Shown: positions 54,892 through 64,000 of the stretch, one piece after another
Layout of the letters: each line of letters starts with the position of its first letter
Position numbering within the stretch: position 1 is the stretch's first letter
Assembly (NCBI GenBank): GCA_963709405.1
Contig: CAVPXM010000055.1
Location: forward strand, 160,001 to 224,000
Length of the DNA: 64,000 bases
Reading direction: 5' to 3'
Source of the DNA: an uncultured Nitrososphaerales archaeon
GTDB taxonomy: Archaea; Thermoproteota; Nitrososphaeria; Nitrososphaerales; Nitrososphaeraceae
The notes under the pieces: model-generated
The model's database searches: none
What the model saw: the letters and a program-made list of their open reading frames with translations, nothing else
Told to the model about the DNA's origin: nothing
Position numbers and translations under genes: made by a program

Positions 54892-56232
54892 CTAAATATC
54901 TCGGACATTGGTTTGGCCATCTACTCGATCGTCGTTCAGTATCTCTTCTACTTTTCTACAAAAATATTCCCTCTCTACAGGCTTAGTCAAAATGTCCTCC
55001 TCTCTCAATTCTGGTAGCAAACTCGATAACTCAGTAATTACATCGAAAGATGTAAGCATCAAGACCTTAGTGTGAATATGAATTTGCTTAATTTTCACAT
55101 AGAGCTGAAGCCCATTAAGGCCAGGCATCTTTATGTCAAGTATTACTAATCTGTAGTACGACTCCTCTCCTTCAGAGAGATGTGCTAAAGCTTTATAGGG
55201 ATTCGAAAACGTGGTAACGTTGTACATTTTCGTATCCAAAAATGTCTTGTACGTAAAAGCAATATCTGGTTGATCGTCTATAATCATGACATTATATTTT
55301 TCAGTGACTGATACTCCATTATTTTTAGGTAAATGGTTAGAGTTCAAATGTAGCATCTCTTGAAGGCGACATTCTGGATCATCCTGCGGTAGTTCAAATG
55401 AGGATATACTTTGGGCTTTAATAGGTACTACGTCATAGACCAGAGGATACGCTAAGTATCTAGCTTCCCACAACTCTTTGCTACTTCCCATCTCAATATT
55501 TGATCGATTAGATGCATAGTCAGGCGCCATCTTAGACAATCTCACATGATGAACTCGATAATACTGATTCACATCACAGGAATAACCTCCGCATTGTTCG
55601 AATTGAATCAAATAATTTTCCCCTGAAATGGTTAACCGATGACAATTCATATCATCCTTAACAAGTCTATACAGATCATCTCCTATGACGAAAGAATTTG
55701 GTACAGATATCTTCTTCAGATTTGAACATCGCGTGATAAAGGGCCCAAATAATTCATCTATTGAGGACGAGGTCGATTTTGCCATTTCGACGGCCCCGTA
55801 ATCAGCAATAACTCTGTAGTTGATAGAAGGTAATTTTTCGTTTGTCATATGGCGTGATAATGTAGCTCTATATGAAATGATGTACAATCCAAATTCTATC
55901 ACGGCTTCATATGCTGATTTATTTCTGGTCAGATCATACAGACCAGGGAACAAACAGATGACGCTGTCACCCTCATTCCTGATGATTTTTGCGCCAAATT
56001 TCCTAGCTATCGTGGATATACTATTAATAAATATGGAATAGTATCTTCTAATTTTTTCAGAAGAGGAGATTGATGAAATAAGTTTTGTGGATTGCACTAT
56101 ATCTATGATACATGTACAAAAGTACCCTTGGGAAGTATCGGCAAAGAACGTTCCGTATCGATGATTTTTAGGATCCAAAAAATTCCCTCCTCGAAATGGT
56201 ACGAATGAATTAGAGTCGCCTTCCAATGACAT
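54892..56232 (-). CDS. Class III nucleotide-cyclase-like domain fused to a C-terminal REC domain
   Basis: IIDIVQST, NEGDSV, YRVIADYG, LFGP; REC motifs IIDDQPD, ILDIKMP, LTS, TKP. Confidence 0.85.
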   Translation of the reverse strand: MSLEGDSNSFVPFRGGNFLDPKNHRYGTFFADTSQGYFCTCIIDIVQSTKLISSISSSEKIRRYYSIFINSISTIARKFGAKIIRNEGDSVICLFPGLYDLTRNKSAYEAVIEFGLYIISYRATLSRHMTNEKLPSINYRVIADYGAVEMAKSTSSSIDELFGPFITRCSNLKKISVPNSFVIGDDLYRLVKDDMNCHRLTISGENYLIQFEQCGGYSCDVNQYYRVHHVRLSKMAPDYASNRSNIEMGSSKELWEARYLAYPLVYDVVPIKAQSISSFELPQDDPECRLQEMLHLNSNHLPKNNGVSVTEKYNVMIIDDQPDIAFTYKTFLDTKMYNVTTFSNPYKALAHLSEGEESYYRLVILDIKMPGLNGLQLYVKIKQIHIHTKVLMLTSFDVITELSSLLPELREEDILTKPVEREYFCRKVEEILNDDRVDGQTNVRDI

Positions 56233-56599
56233 ACTTAATGACCTACTTTTTCAATCCCATGGAATTTTCATTGTAAGGTAGACGTAAAATGCATAATAAC
56301 GTTCGTCATAACCTTCTATTAGTAATAATAACCGAATCATCGCCACGTATCAAGGATCAATTCGAATGTTTAATGATTCATTTGATCCAATTTGATTTGA
56401 TTCAGGCATCTGTCGTAATCTCGCCATATGACTTCTTAACTAAGCACCATTATTCTATCATGATAGGAATTGTAGCGTCATGGGATTTGGAACACTATTT
56501 GCTCAGATTCTAAGAAATCTCCCGATCCGGCCTTTCGACCGACGAGAAAAATAATTAAACATTTATACTCCAAATGTACGTAGATATTAATCTCATTCT

Positions 56600-56749
56600 A
56601 TGAAACATCAAAGACGCATAGGAGAAGCAATAATGATTCTATCAGGCATCGCGATATCTGTCGGCGCGAATGCAATTGGGGTTATACCTGTAGTATATGG
56701 TGGATTGGCGATAATGGGTCTCGGAGTGATTTCTGTGTTCTGGAGATAA
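56600..56749 (+). CDS. Small two-helix membrane protein (absent from the ORF track)
   Basis: Manual translation: MKHQRRIGEAIMILSGIAISVGANAIGVIPVVYGGLAIMGLGVISVFWR; TTTATA upstream. Confidence 0.65.
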   Translation: MKHQRRIGEAIMILSGIAISVGANAIGVIPVVYGGLAIMGLGVISVFWR

Positions 56750-56957
56750 TCGATACTACTATGTATCAAAGTAAGTGATTCCGTGGATTTTCCGTAGTAG
56801 CTGATTGACCGATCATACCTTAAGGATCCTAATGGAATCAGACATCGATGTTCGCGCCAGACTAGTAGCTGTGACATCTTCACCGATTCTATACCATTCA
56901 TCTTTTCCTAATCTCGAGAGTTTCTCTTGCGCTCAGGAGCTGCCCAAGTGAATCTAT

Positions 56958-58448
56958 TCAAAAAGTAATTTTGTACTGCTGTCCGGTAACACTTGATAGC
57001 TCTCTCTGAGATCTTGAGATAAGTGTCGTTAAATTACCTTGCATTTCTAGGAGTTCAGACTCTAGTAATTCGAGCCTTGCCCTTTGCTCACTAATACTCA
57101 TCTTGTTCAGTTTTATGTTGTCCCCTAACATAGTCATTTTTCGCAAGGAATGCAAACTATCCTTCCGTTCCTTCAGAAAAGTCAATCTACTCCGGATGCT
57201 GCTTAGCCTAGAATTAAAGTTAGGTAAAGATTCGATAATCTGATCTAGATAATACATTACCTTTTCAGAATCTTTCAGCTCTATAGTCCCCTTCCTAAGG
57301 GCGGATTGGATTTCACGAAGAATTGAAAGGTATTGGAGGATATCGGTGGGTTGCTCGCCCTTGTCTTGTTCAGTTAAAGTGGCGTAATCCGCAGATCCCA
57401 TTTGTCCTTGATTTGCATTCTTCTTTGACAGATCGGTGTGATAAAAAATCTGCCATGGCTCATTTGCCATGGTTTGAAGCTTCATGAAAAGATCCGTTTT
57501 AGTAGAAAGTCCGTAAGAGTACTTCGTAATAGCTCTGTTAACGTGCCCAAACAAATCTATCGTCTCTTGGCGAATTTCCTGCTCTTCCTTTTCTAACTGT
57601 TCTGATTCTTTGTCAATTAATGAGATTTCTAAATATTCCTGTGTTCCCTCGAAATCATGTAATTCGTTGTCCTGAGCCTCAAATTTCTCCTGCAAGCGCT
57701 TAATTTCTGATCTAATATTGTCGATGGTATCACGAGTATTCTTGACCGAATTGGATTGGTCCCATAAGGAATTTAATAATCTTTCAGTGCCCGTAACTGA
57801 TTCCCTAAATTTTTCGTGTTCAGTCATCTTCGATTTACATTTTCTGGACAACTCAGAAACCGTGTTCGATTCATTCTGTAGTTTTGAGGCGTATTTTCTT
57901 ACAAATGCGTTGAGGACTCTACTATGGGAGCCGCTCAAGGCGCTGAATCTGTTAACTATGGATTCCAGTCTGGCCTCAAACTTCATTGCATCCTCCAATG
58001 TTGCTATAGAGGTGATTTCAGTAGAAGCCTCTTTTCTTAATGACAAAACTATAGTTTTTCTTGAATTTTCGACTATAGACTCAAAACGCGGCTCCTCAAC
58101 CTTGATTTTTTCTTTTTCAAGATCATCCGCAACTTTTTCAGTACTCTTTAATAGTTTCTCAACAGACGATTTTATAGGTGACAAATCCCTTGCCAATTCT
58201 TTAACCTTGATCTCCTCATGTGAACGTAACAACAATAATGCATCCGCAATCGAAATTGGCTTGGGATCCGATTTTGAACTAGACCTTGCCGTGTCGGGCG
58301 TATCAGGATCTAGTGTAAAGCCAGGAATATTTGGTTCATTTGCTAGCTTCGAACTGCTACCTTTATCGTTTTTAACATAGGATGAAATATCAGGTTCAAC
58401 CTTACTTTTCTTCTTGAAAATGTCAAAAAATGGAACCAAGATCATCAA
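56958..58448 (-). CDS. Long coiled-coil hypothetical protein
   Basis: 496 aa, E/K/L heptad-rich, N-terminal FFDIFKKK, no ATPase motifs. Confidence 0.75.
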   Translation of the reverse strand: MMILVPFFDIFKKKSKVEPDISSYVKNDKGSSSKLANEPNIPGFTLDPDTPDTARSSSKSDPKPISIADALLLLRSHEEIKVKELARDLSPIKSSVEKLLKSTEKVADDLEKEKIKVEEPRFESIVENSRKTIVLSLRKEASTEITSIATLEDAMKFEARLESIVNRFSALSGSHSRVLNAFVRKYASKLQNESNTVSELSRKCKSKMTEHEKFRESVTGTERLLNSLWDQSNSVKNTRDTIDNIRSEIKRLQEKFEAQDNELHDFEGTQEYLEISLIDKESEQLEKEEQEIRQETIDLFGHVNRAITKYSYGLSTKTDLFMKLQTMANEPWQIFYHTDLSKKNANQGQMGSADYATLTEQDKGEQPTDILQYLSILREIQSALRKGTIELKDSEKVMYYLDQIIESLPNFNSRLSSIRSRLTFLKERKDSLHSLRKMTMLGDNIKLNKMSISEQRARLELLESELLEMQGNLTTLISRSQRELSSVTGQQYKITF

Positions 58449-58692
58449 ATCTTTATTAATACAGTAACAAAACTGTTTCTGAAAGGTTTTAAAAGTGAGG
58501 TATCTAAATAGGATGCAAAAATTACCATTACCATATTTCTTACGTATACAAATCTCGGGTTATGAATACAGTGGAAAATAAGTATTAATCCAAGTAAACT
58601 GGTCGGTGCATTCGAGTTCAAGAAAGGAATTCAACTAATAATAGTCATAATAAGTCGAATTTACAATTTTATTTTGTCAGATATATATATAT

Positions 58693-59655
58693 TTGGCTCC
58701 AGCGTGCCTACTTTCTAGGTTATTAGTTACGGCCCAGATATTGAAAGCAGAGCTTCACTGCCATAATATATATTCTAATTTTAGAAACAATTCGGATAGA
58801 ATCCCTTTCGATTGTGGCGTTAGTATTCAGGAACAATTCGAGACAGCTCTGGTCAGAGGAATAAATGTTCTATTTATTACAAATCATAACACTCTTGATG
58901 GATATAATCAAATGTTAGAATATCAAAGTGATCACCGGAAGTTTAGTGAAATTAAAGTCTATCCTGCACAAGAAATAACGATAAATAATCTGGGGCATAT
59001 TTTGGCGTATGGTATCAACATGGAAATAAAAAGCGGAATGTCTCTAGAAGAGACGCTGGATGAAATTAAAAAACAAGACGCAATTTCGTGTGCCGCTCAC
59101 CCTTTTGCAGTCTCAAACGGTATCCGTGACAGAGCGCTGATGTGCGATTTAATAGAGTCCTTTAACAGCAATAATATTGACATTTTCTCCAATCTAGTGG
59201 CGGAAAAATTCTCGCAGGATAACAATATGATATCAATATCAGGCAGTGATTCTCATGTTGCATCGACTATCGGCAGATGCATTAACATGCTCGAGTCAGA
59301 TAATAATATAGATTCCGTTTTAACCGGCATGCGTAAAGGACGTTTTAAGGTTGCTAATGCTAGATATGCAACTAAAGGCGAGCTGTACGAACACGCTCGA
59401 TATGTATTGGCTAGCTCCAAGGAATCTTTACTGAATTATTCCTTGACCCACTATCCGAGGGCTCACAAGGCAGTGAGCTGGGCACTTAACTCCTTTATTT
59501 CAGCTCGCCATGACAGATTTTGGCGCTCCATAGCTTCGTTTTCACTTTACTTAACAAAGCGGGCTTCCATGAAGGTGAACATGAAGGGACATGACCCAGA
59601 AGTCTTTGAAAATAGATCATGGAAAAGATTGATATCCATGAGCTTGGTCCCATGA
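58693..59655 (+). CDS. PHP-domain phosphoesterase
   Basis: ELHCH, ITNHN, GHIL, AHPF, GSDSH; start probably downstream. Confidence 0.88.
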   Translation: MAPACLLSRLLVTAQILKAELHCHNIYSNFRNNSDRIPFDCGVSIQEQFETALVRGINVLFITNHNTLDGYNQMLEYQSDHRKFSEIKVYPAQEITINNLGHILAYGINMEIKSGMSLEETLDEIKKQDAISCAAHPFAVSNGIRDRALMCDLIESFNSNNIDIFSNLVAEKFSQDNNMISISGSDSHVASTIGRCINMLESDNNIDSVLTGMRKGRFKVANARYATKGELYEHARYVLASSKESLLNYSLTHYPRAHKAVSWALNSFISARHDRFWRSIASFSLYLTKRASMKVNMKGHDPEVFENRSWKRLISMSLVP

Positions 59656-60028
59656 GAAGGAACAACTAGGCTTGGCTTTTTGTGCCTCAGACACACTGGA
59701 CACGAAGACAAAACATGTATTCTAGCTACCTGTATTTATCCGACTATCCTGGCTGAACTTGGTGATTCCTAAACGATCGCTTCCTGATTCGTATGTCCGT
59801 GATAAGCCATTTTGTAACTAGAAATAGTCCGAGAATAGGAAACACTCCTATGAATAGATATGGAAAAATTGCTAGAAGTATCGAAGGTTCAAATATTTCC
59901 AGATCTTAGTTCACTCCACCCGAGCCAGGTCCATTTCCCTTAACCCAAGAATAAAATAAAAATGTTATTGATTGTAAATCGACAAATGTCTAAAAATGCG
60001 TAAGGTCCAGCAAGCATTTCTGAAGTAT

Positions 60029-61783
60029 CTACCAATAGCTTACTTTTATCTTCTCTATTGCGCTTTCGTGTTCTGGGCCCAATTTTCTCGCAAACCTTTC
60101 CATAGCGGTCAGAGGAACGCCACCAAGGCTTCTGGCAAGACCCGCAAAGAACATGTTCTTGATAGGGTTCTCGCGTCCTATTTTACGCATAAATCTTTGA
60201 ATTCCATATTTGAAGTTGTGCTGCCAGGTTTTGTACATAACCCCAAGCTTTCCGGGATCCATTGTGTTCCCTATATCAAAGAATTCGGACTTTTCAAGTA
60301 GGCCTATGGGCACAAAAGTCAGTGGGGTGACTGTAAATTTTGAATCTGGCTGTTCAATTTCAAGATCGTGAATGAGGCGTATAGTCTCCCAACTGTCCTC
60401 TGAATTCTCGTCGTTATCGAGTCCCATAATAAGTGTAAACGCAGGCACCCAATAATTCTCATTAAACGTCTTGATTCCAGTCTTGACCACCCAGTGCCAC
60501 TCTTCCGGACGAAAAGGAGCGAGTTTTCTGTCTGCATATTTCCCAATTAATCTAATGCTTCCAGTCTCTAAACCACATTGAATTCCGATATGGTTTTCTG
60601 GTCCAGCTTTTATAATCTTAGAAATATTTGGAATCAACCTTTCGTCGGCAATGGCACCAGCCAATGTACCATGTGTTGGATTGGTGTGTTCTATACCAGT
60701 TTCCATAATACCTCTGAAGAGGTCCTCTATCGCCTCTCTATTAGGCTGCATATTCTTCGTCGTTCGGGGATTTAATCCGTAAACGAATATGTCGTCGCTT
60801 TGAATCCAAGCACTCTTAACGCCTCCATATTTCATATTTATTTCAATTTCCTTTTGAACCTTCTCGACTGGGTAATATCTTAATGGCCTCAGAGTTACAT
60901 CACAAAATTTGCATCCTCTCCCACAGCCTCTCATAACTTCAACCATTCCATGCATACTTGGATTTACAATAGTCGGTATTTCGTCCATCTTAGGTTCGTT
61001 ACTGTAGTGGATAAACCTGCCATAATGCTTGGTTTCGTCACTTTTTGAAAATTCTTTAATCTCTACCTTAAATTCTGATTTCTTAAACGGGTTGGAACTT
61101 TCTAGCTCACCGTTAATAACCGCATCGAAAAATCTAGCTCCAGCACCGTCGATTTCAGGTCCTATTCCACCCATGTCCCCTTCTACGATTCCGTATATAC
61201 CATATTCCTCTATTTTTGCCGGATCATAATTATACTGCCATGTCCCTGATGCACCCGCAATCACTTTCGCCTTGCTGCCAGTTTTCTCCTTGGCTGCCTT
61301 TATCCTCAGGTGTAATTCCCTACAGTAGAATTCATCATATGACATATGCTTTCTACCGTACGTAAACGTCATAGTAACTGGCCCCATGCCCAGTGGGTCC
61401 ATTTCATACGTTCCAACAACCTCTGTTCCTGGACCTATAAACTTCTCGATATGCTCAGGGTGCGCAACTACTACGTCTTCTGGCCTGTATCCATCCCTGA
61501 GGAGTGCGGACTCCACCTTCCTCAATCCATAGGGAGCGTAAGCAGCGATTCCATTATTGTGTTGAATAGGATTACAAATAAAATCGAAAAGCAATCTTGG
61601 GGTGACTTGCTGACCTAAGACTTTATACCAGAATGTTCCATGATCTCGGTTAATATCTATAGCAGGAGCACAACCGAAGAATGATGCTAATGATATTCCT
61701 CTGTAGGGGGACATTAACGTTCGGTCTGCTGTAAGAACTATTTTTGGGTACTTCATTATTAAAACTCTAGACGCTCTAACCAT
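60029..61783 (-). CDS. Radical SAM protein, B12-binding class; probable GDGT ring synthase (Grs) homologue
   Basis: CGRGCKFC (CxxxCxxC); N-terminal VLTADRTLMS, APYGLRKVE and DPLGMGP motifs recalled from GrsA/B-family proteins. Confidence 0.7.
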   Translation of the reverse strand: MVRASRVLIMKYPKIVLTADRTLMSPYRGISLASFFGCAPAIDINRDHGTFWYKVLGQQVTPRLLFDFICNPIQHNNGIAAYAPYGLRKVESALLRDGYRPEDVVVAHPEHIEKFIGPGTEVVGTYEMDPLGMGPVTMTFTYGRKHMSYDEFYCRELHLRIKAAKEKTGSKAKVIAGASGTWQYNYDPAKIEEYGIYGIVEGDMGGIGPEIDGAGARFFDAVINGELESSNPFKKSEFKVEIKEFSKSDETKHYGRFIHYSNEPKMDEIPTIVNPSMHGMVEVMRGCGRGCKFCDVTLRPLRYYPVEKVQKEIEINMKYGGVKSAWIQSDDIFVYGLNPRTTKNMQPNREAIEDLFRGIMETGIEHTNPTHGTLAGAIADERLIPNISKIIKAGPENHIGIQCGLETGSIRLIGKYADRKLAPFRPEEWHWVVKTGIKTFNENYWVPAFTLIMGLDNDENSEDSWETIRLIHDLEIEQPDSKFTVTPLTFVPIGLLEKSEFFDIGNTMDPGKLGVMYKTWQHNFKYGIQRFMRKIGRENPIKNMFFAGLARSLGGVPLTAMERFARKLGPEHESAIEKIKVSYW

Positions 61784-61985
61784 ATGCTTTCATAACGGAA
61801 GGATATTAAGTTTTTCAATTTGGCTGAGGTTTCAACGTTCAACACAGTTCCAGGTATATCTACCTCACTCGACTATGGATTAGTTGGTTTGAAAACTAAC
61901 GTTGCTCCATTACTTCAGACCTTTGTATTGAAGTTGAGCCCAATCGATGGGCGCCGGTCCAATAGATAGAGTTAAGACCCAAAAT

Positions 61986-62153
61986 TCACTTTTTAGCGCC
62001 CAATGATCTATTCTTCAACCTTAAATGTGTCCCGCGGCACTTTCTACATCTCGCTGCTGAAATTGGATTCCTTCCTCCGCATTTGAAGCATATCTTAAAG
62101 AACAGCCGACGTTGTTGCGCAATTTGTTTCTTTATAGGATCAGTGATTGGCAT
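61986..62153 (-). CDS. rpl40e: 50S ribosomal protein L40e (absent from the ORF track)
   Basis: Manual translation: MPITDPIKKQIAQQRRLFFKICFKCGGRNPISAARCRKCRGTHLRLKNRSLGAKK. Confidence 0.95.
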   Translation of the reverse strand: MPITDPIKKQIAQQRRLFFKICFKCGGRNPISAARCRKCRGTHLRLKNRSLGAKK

Positions 62154-62454
62154 GATCTCGCATAAGTTATCTTCGTGGCAAGATTTCTACCTTTCTATCC
62201 CTTTCCACAGCATTCACCAACTAACTGCGAAATATGAGGGCTAGAGAATTCTGGAAAGCCATGTCAGCTCACTTCAGTGTCTGGATAATGTGAATTTAAT
62301 CTATTTAATATGCACTCATTGGATAAGGGCTCGTTTAATCTGTAAAAGAATTTAAACCTGAGGACGGTCCTTTATCACAGGTAAATAGTAAAAAATTTTA
62401 ATAAAACCACCATTAGCTTTCCTGAATCATAAAATAATTCCTACTTAAGCTCGT

Positions 62455-62757
62455 TTACCGGACATTTTTTATAAGGTAGTTAATAAGAGGTCGAAGCTCA
62501 GGCTCCATATTTATATCTGAACGTTCAAGGTATTGTTTCCTATTACTGTCTTCTACTTCAATTTTGTAAGTAAAGTAGTCCGCAGCTCCTGTATTTTTAG
62601 AAAGCGGTGTTATCCTAGGCGGAAAATTGTCTAAATTTATCCTTCTAATCAATCCTTCCAGTTCAATGGCCTTTGTAGGATCCAGATCTTTCGTGTCAAT
62701 AGTCTTTGAAGTTACGAATCCTGCAAAGCCGCCGCTCTTCTTAAAATTAATTATCAT
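62455..62757 (-). CDS. Emfourin-like (protealysin inhibitor) protein
   Basis: N-terminal SGGFAG, AADYFTYKIEV, PELRPLI; directly downstream of an M4 protease. Confidence 0.85.
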   Translation of the reverse strand: MIINFKKSGGFAGFVTSKTIDTKDLDPTKAIELEGLIRRINLDNFPPRITPLSKNTGAADYFTYKIEVEDSNRKQYLERSDINMEPELRPLINYLIKNVR

Positions 62758-62937
62758 TGATCTTCATTGGTATCCTTCGACTTAACCAAGGGATAGAACA
62801 TAATTCTAAATTATATTCAGAATGAACCAAAAAAGAGATCAAAAGCGATAATCATCGTCCAACCTTGAAGCTCAAATCCTAATGCACGACGTTTCCAATG
62901 AGTTGATCGTTATGAGCCATGAGGTGATGTACATGGT

Positions 62938-64000
62938 TTATCCTTTTGATTTCGGTACTATTCCAGTGCCCTTCCATCCACTCGCAACAGCCTTCTGCTC
63001 CTTACTATCCTTTCCAAATAGCGTCCCTGCAACATCAAGTGTAAGGTTAGCAGTATCCTGAAAAGTTGCGTTTTCTGAAAGTCTATCTCTAAGTGTGATG
63101 TACCAAATCTTGCCTGCTTTTTCCCAGGCTTTGCCTCCGATTTCAATTGCAGTAAGATAAAAGGCGTGATTTGGAATACCTGAGTTTGTATGTACTCCCC
63201 CATTATCATTAGACGTATTAACGTAGTCTTTCATATGGCCGGGTTGTGGATCCTTGCCAATGGTAGGATCGTCGAAGGCTGTCCCTGGGGCCTTCATGGA
63301 ACGCAAAGCAACGCCTTTTATTTTACGCGTAAATAGGCCTGCTCCTATCAACCAATCCGCCTCATCGGCTGTTTGTTTTAACGTATATTGTTTTACTAAC
63401 GAGCCAAATATGTCAGAAAAGCTTTCATTAAGTGCACCGGATTGATCTTGATATTGCAGAGCGGCCTCGTACTGGGTAACTCCATGGGTCAGCTCGTGTC
63501 CAATCACATCAAGTGACGACGTGAAGCGGTTAAATATCTGACCGTCACCATCACCATAAACCATTTGTGTCCCGTTCCAAAACGCATTATTATACTCTTC
63601 GCCAAAGTGCACAGTTGAATCCAGTTTCATTCCATTACTGTCAACAGAGTTTCGGTCAAATACCACTTTGTAGAAATTATAGGTATCTCCTGAGTAATCA
63701 TATGCCTCAGTAACAGGGCGTCCCCCCGTAGGTCTCCCTCCTTCACCTCTGACAAGTTTTCCCGGAAGAGATTCGGAATTATGGGCATCAAAGATAGTTC
63801 TATGCAATCTATCTGACCTAACGAATAATGATGCCATGGAGCCAGCAATACTCCGGCGTCCCCTCAGTTGTTCTGTGATTATTAGATTTTGCCAGGCTTT
63901 ATGTTTCTGGTCTTCAGATCCTCGCTCTGAGATTCTTCTATTTATATATTCCGGAACTATAAAACATGCTTTGGTTGCTTGTACCTGCAGATTTTTTTTT
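62938..64000 (-). CDS. Protealysin-like M4 metalloprotease (5' end outside window)
   Basis: NNAFWNG, HELTH, GALNESFSD, DNGGVHTNSG; frame is open to the window edge with a short propeptide containing CFIVPEYI. Confidence 0.94.
   Translation of the reverse strand, partial: KKNLQVQATKACFIVPEYINRRISERGSEDQKHKAWQNLIITEQLRGRRSIAGSMASLFVRSDRLHRTIFDAHNSESLPGKLVRGEGGRPTGGRPVTEAYDYSGDTYNFYKVVFDRNSVDSNGMKLDSTVHFGEEYNNAFWNGTQMVYGDGDGQIFNRFTSSLDVIGHELTHGVTQYEAALQYQDQSGALNESFSDIFGSLVKQYTLKQTADEADWLIGAGLFTRKIKGVALRSMKAPGTAFDDPTIGKDPQPGHMKDYVNTSNDNGGVHTNSGIPNHAFYLTAIEIGGKAWEKAGKIWYITLRDRLSENATFQDTANLTLDVAGTLFGKDSKEQKAVASGWKGTGIVPKSKG

Noticed and set aside
57718-58380. 220-aa plus-strand ORF, and the many other short antisense ORFs in the track
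   Set aside because: They lie opposite well-supported genes and have the Ser/Phe/Leu-rich composition of antisense shadows.

Overview
This is a 64-kb core-genome segment of an ammonia-oxidising archaeon, most likely Nitrososphaerota (Nitrososphaeraceae-like), judged from the archaeal aro genes, TFB, Nop5/fibrillarin, cofCD and many REC and zinc-finger proteins. It holds cysS, ilvC and a complete archaeal aromatic amino-acid cluster interrupted by an orphan beta-class N4-cytosine-type DNA methyltransferase. It also carries citrate synthase, a divergent PPDK, cofC/cofD, an RNA-maturation block with RNase P RNA, a secreted tandem-repeat protein, hbd, ahcY, tRNA-Val(CAC), secG, aIF1, TFB, a peptide ABC system, a stand-alone PqqD/RRE protein, nop5-flpA, rnhB, trm1, ubiD and Dps. 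Near the end are a MinD/REC/cyclase-REC signalling cluster, a Grs-like radical SAM enzyme, rpl40e and a protealysin-emfourin pair. The main observation concerns the apparent frameshifts: 15 indel sites in 12 genes can all be repaired by deleting extra bases, and 14 lie in or next to three palindromic motifs (GCWGC, AGCT, GTAC). This looks like a sequencing-error footprint of the organism's DNA methylome rather than pseudogenes. Three genes also appear to start at non-canonical codons (ATA, CTG). No CRISPR array, rRNA or mobile element was seen. All calls come from motif recognition by eye; no database searches were run.
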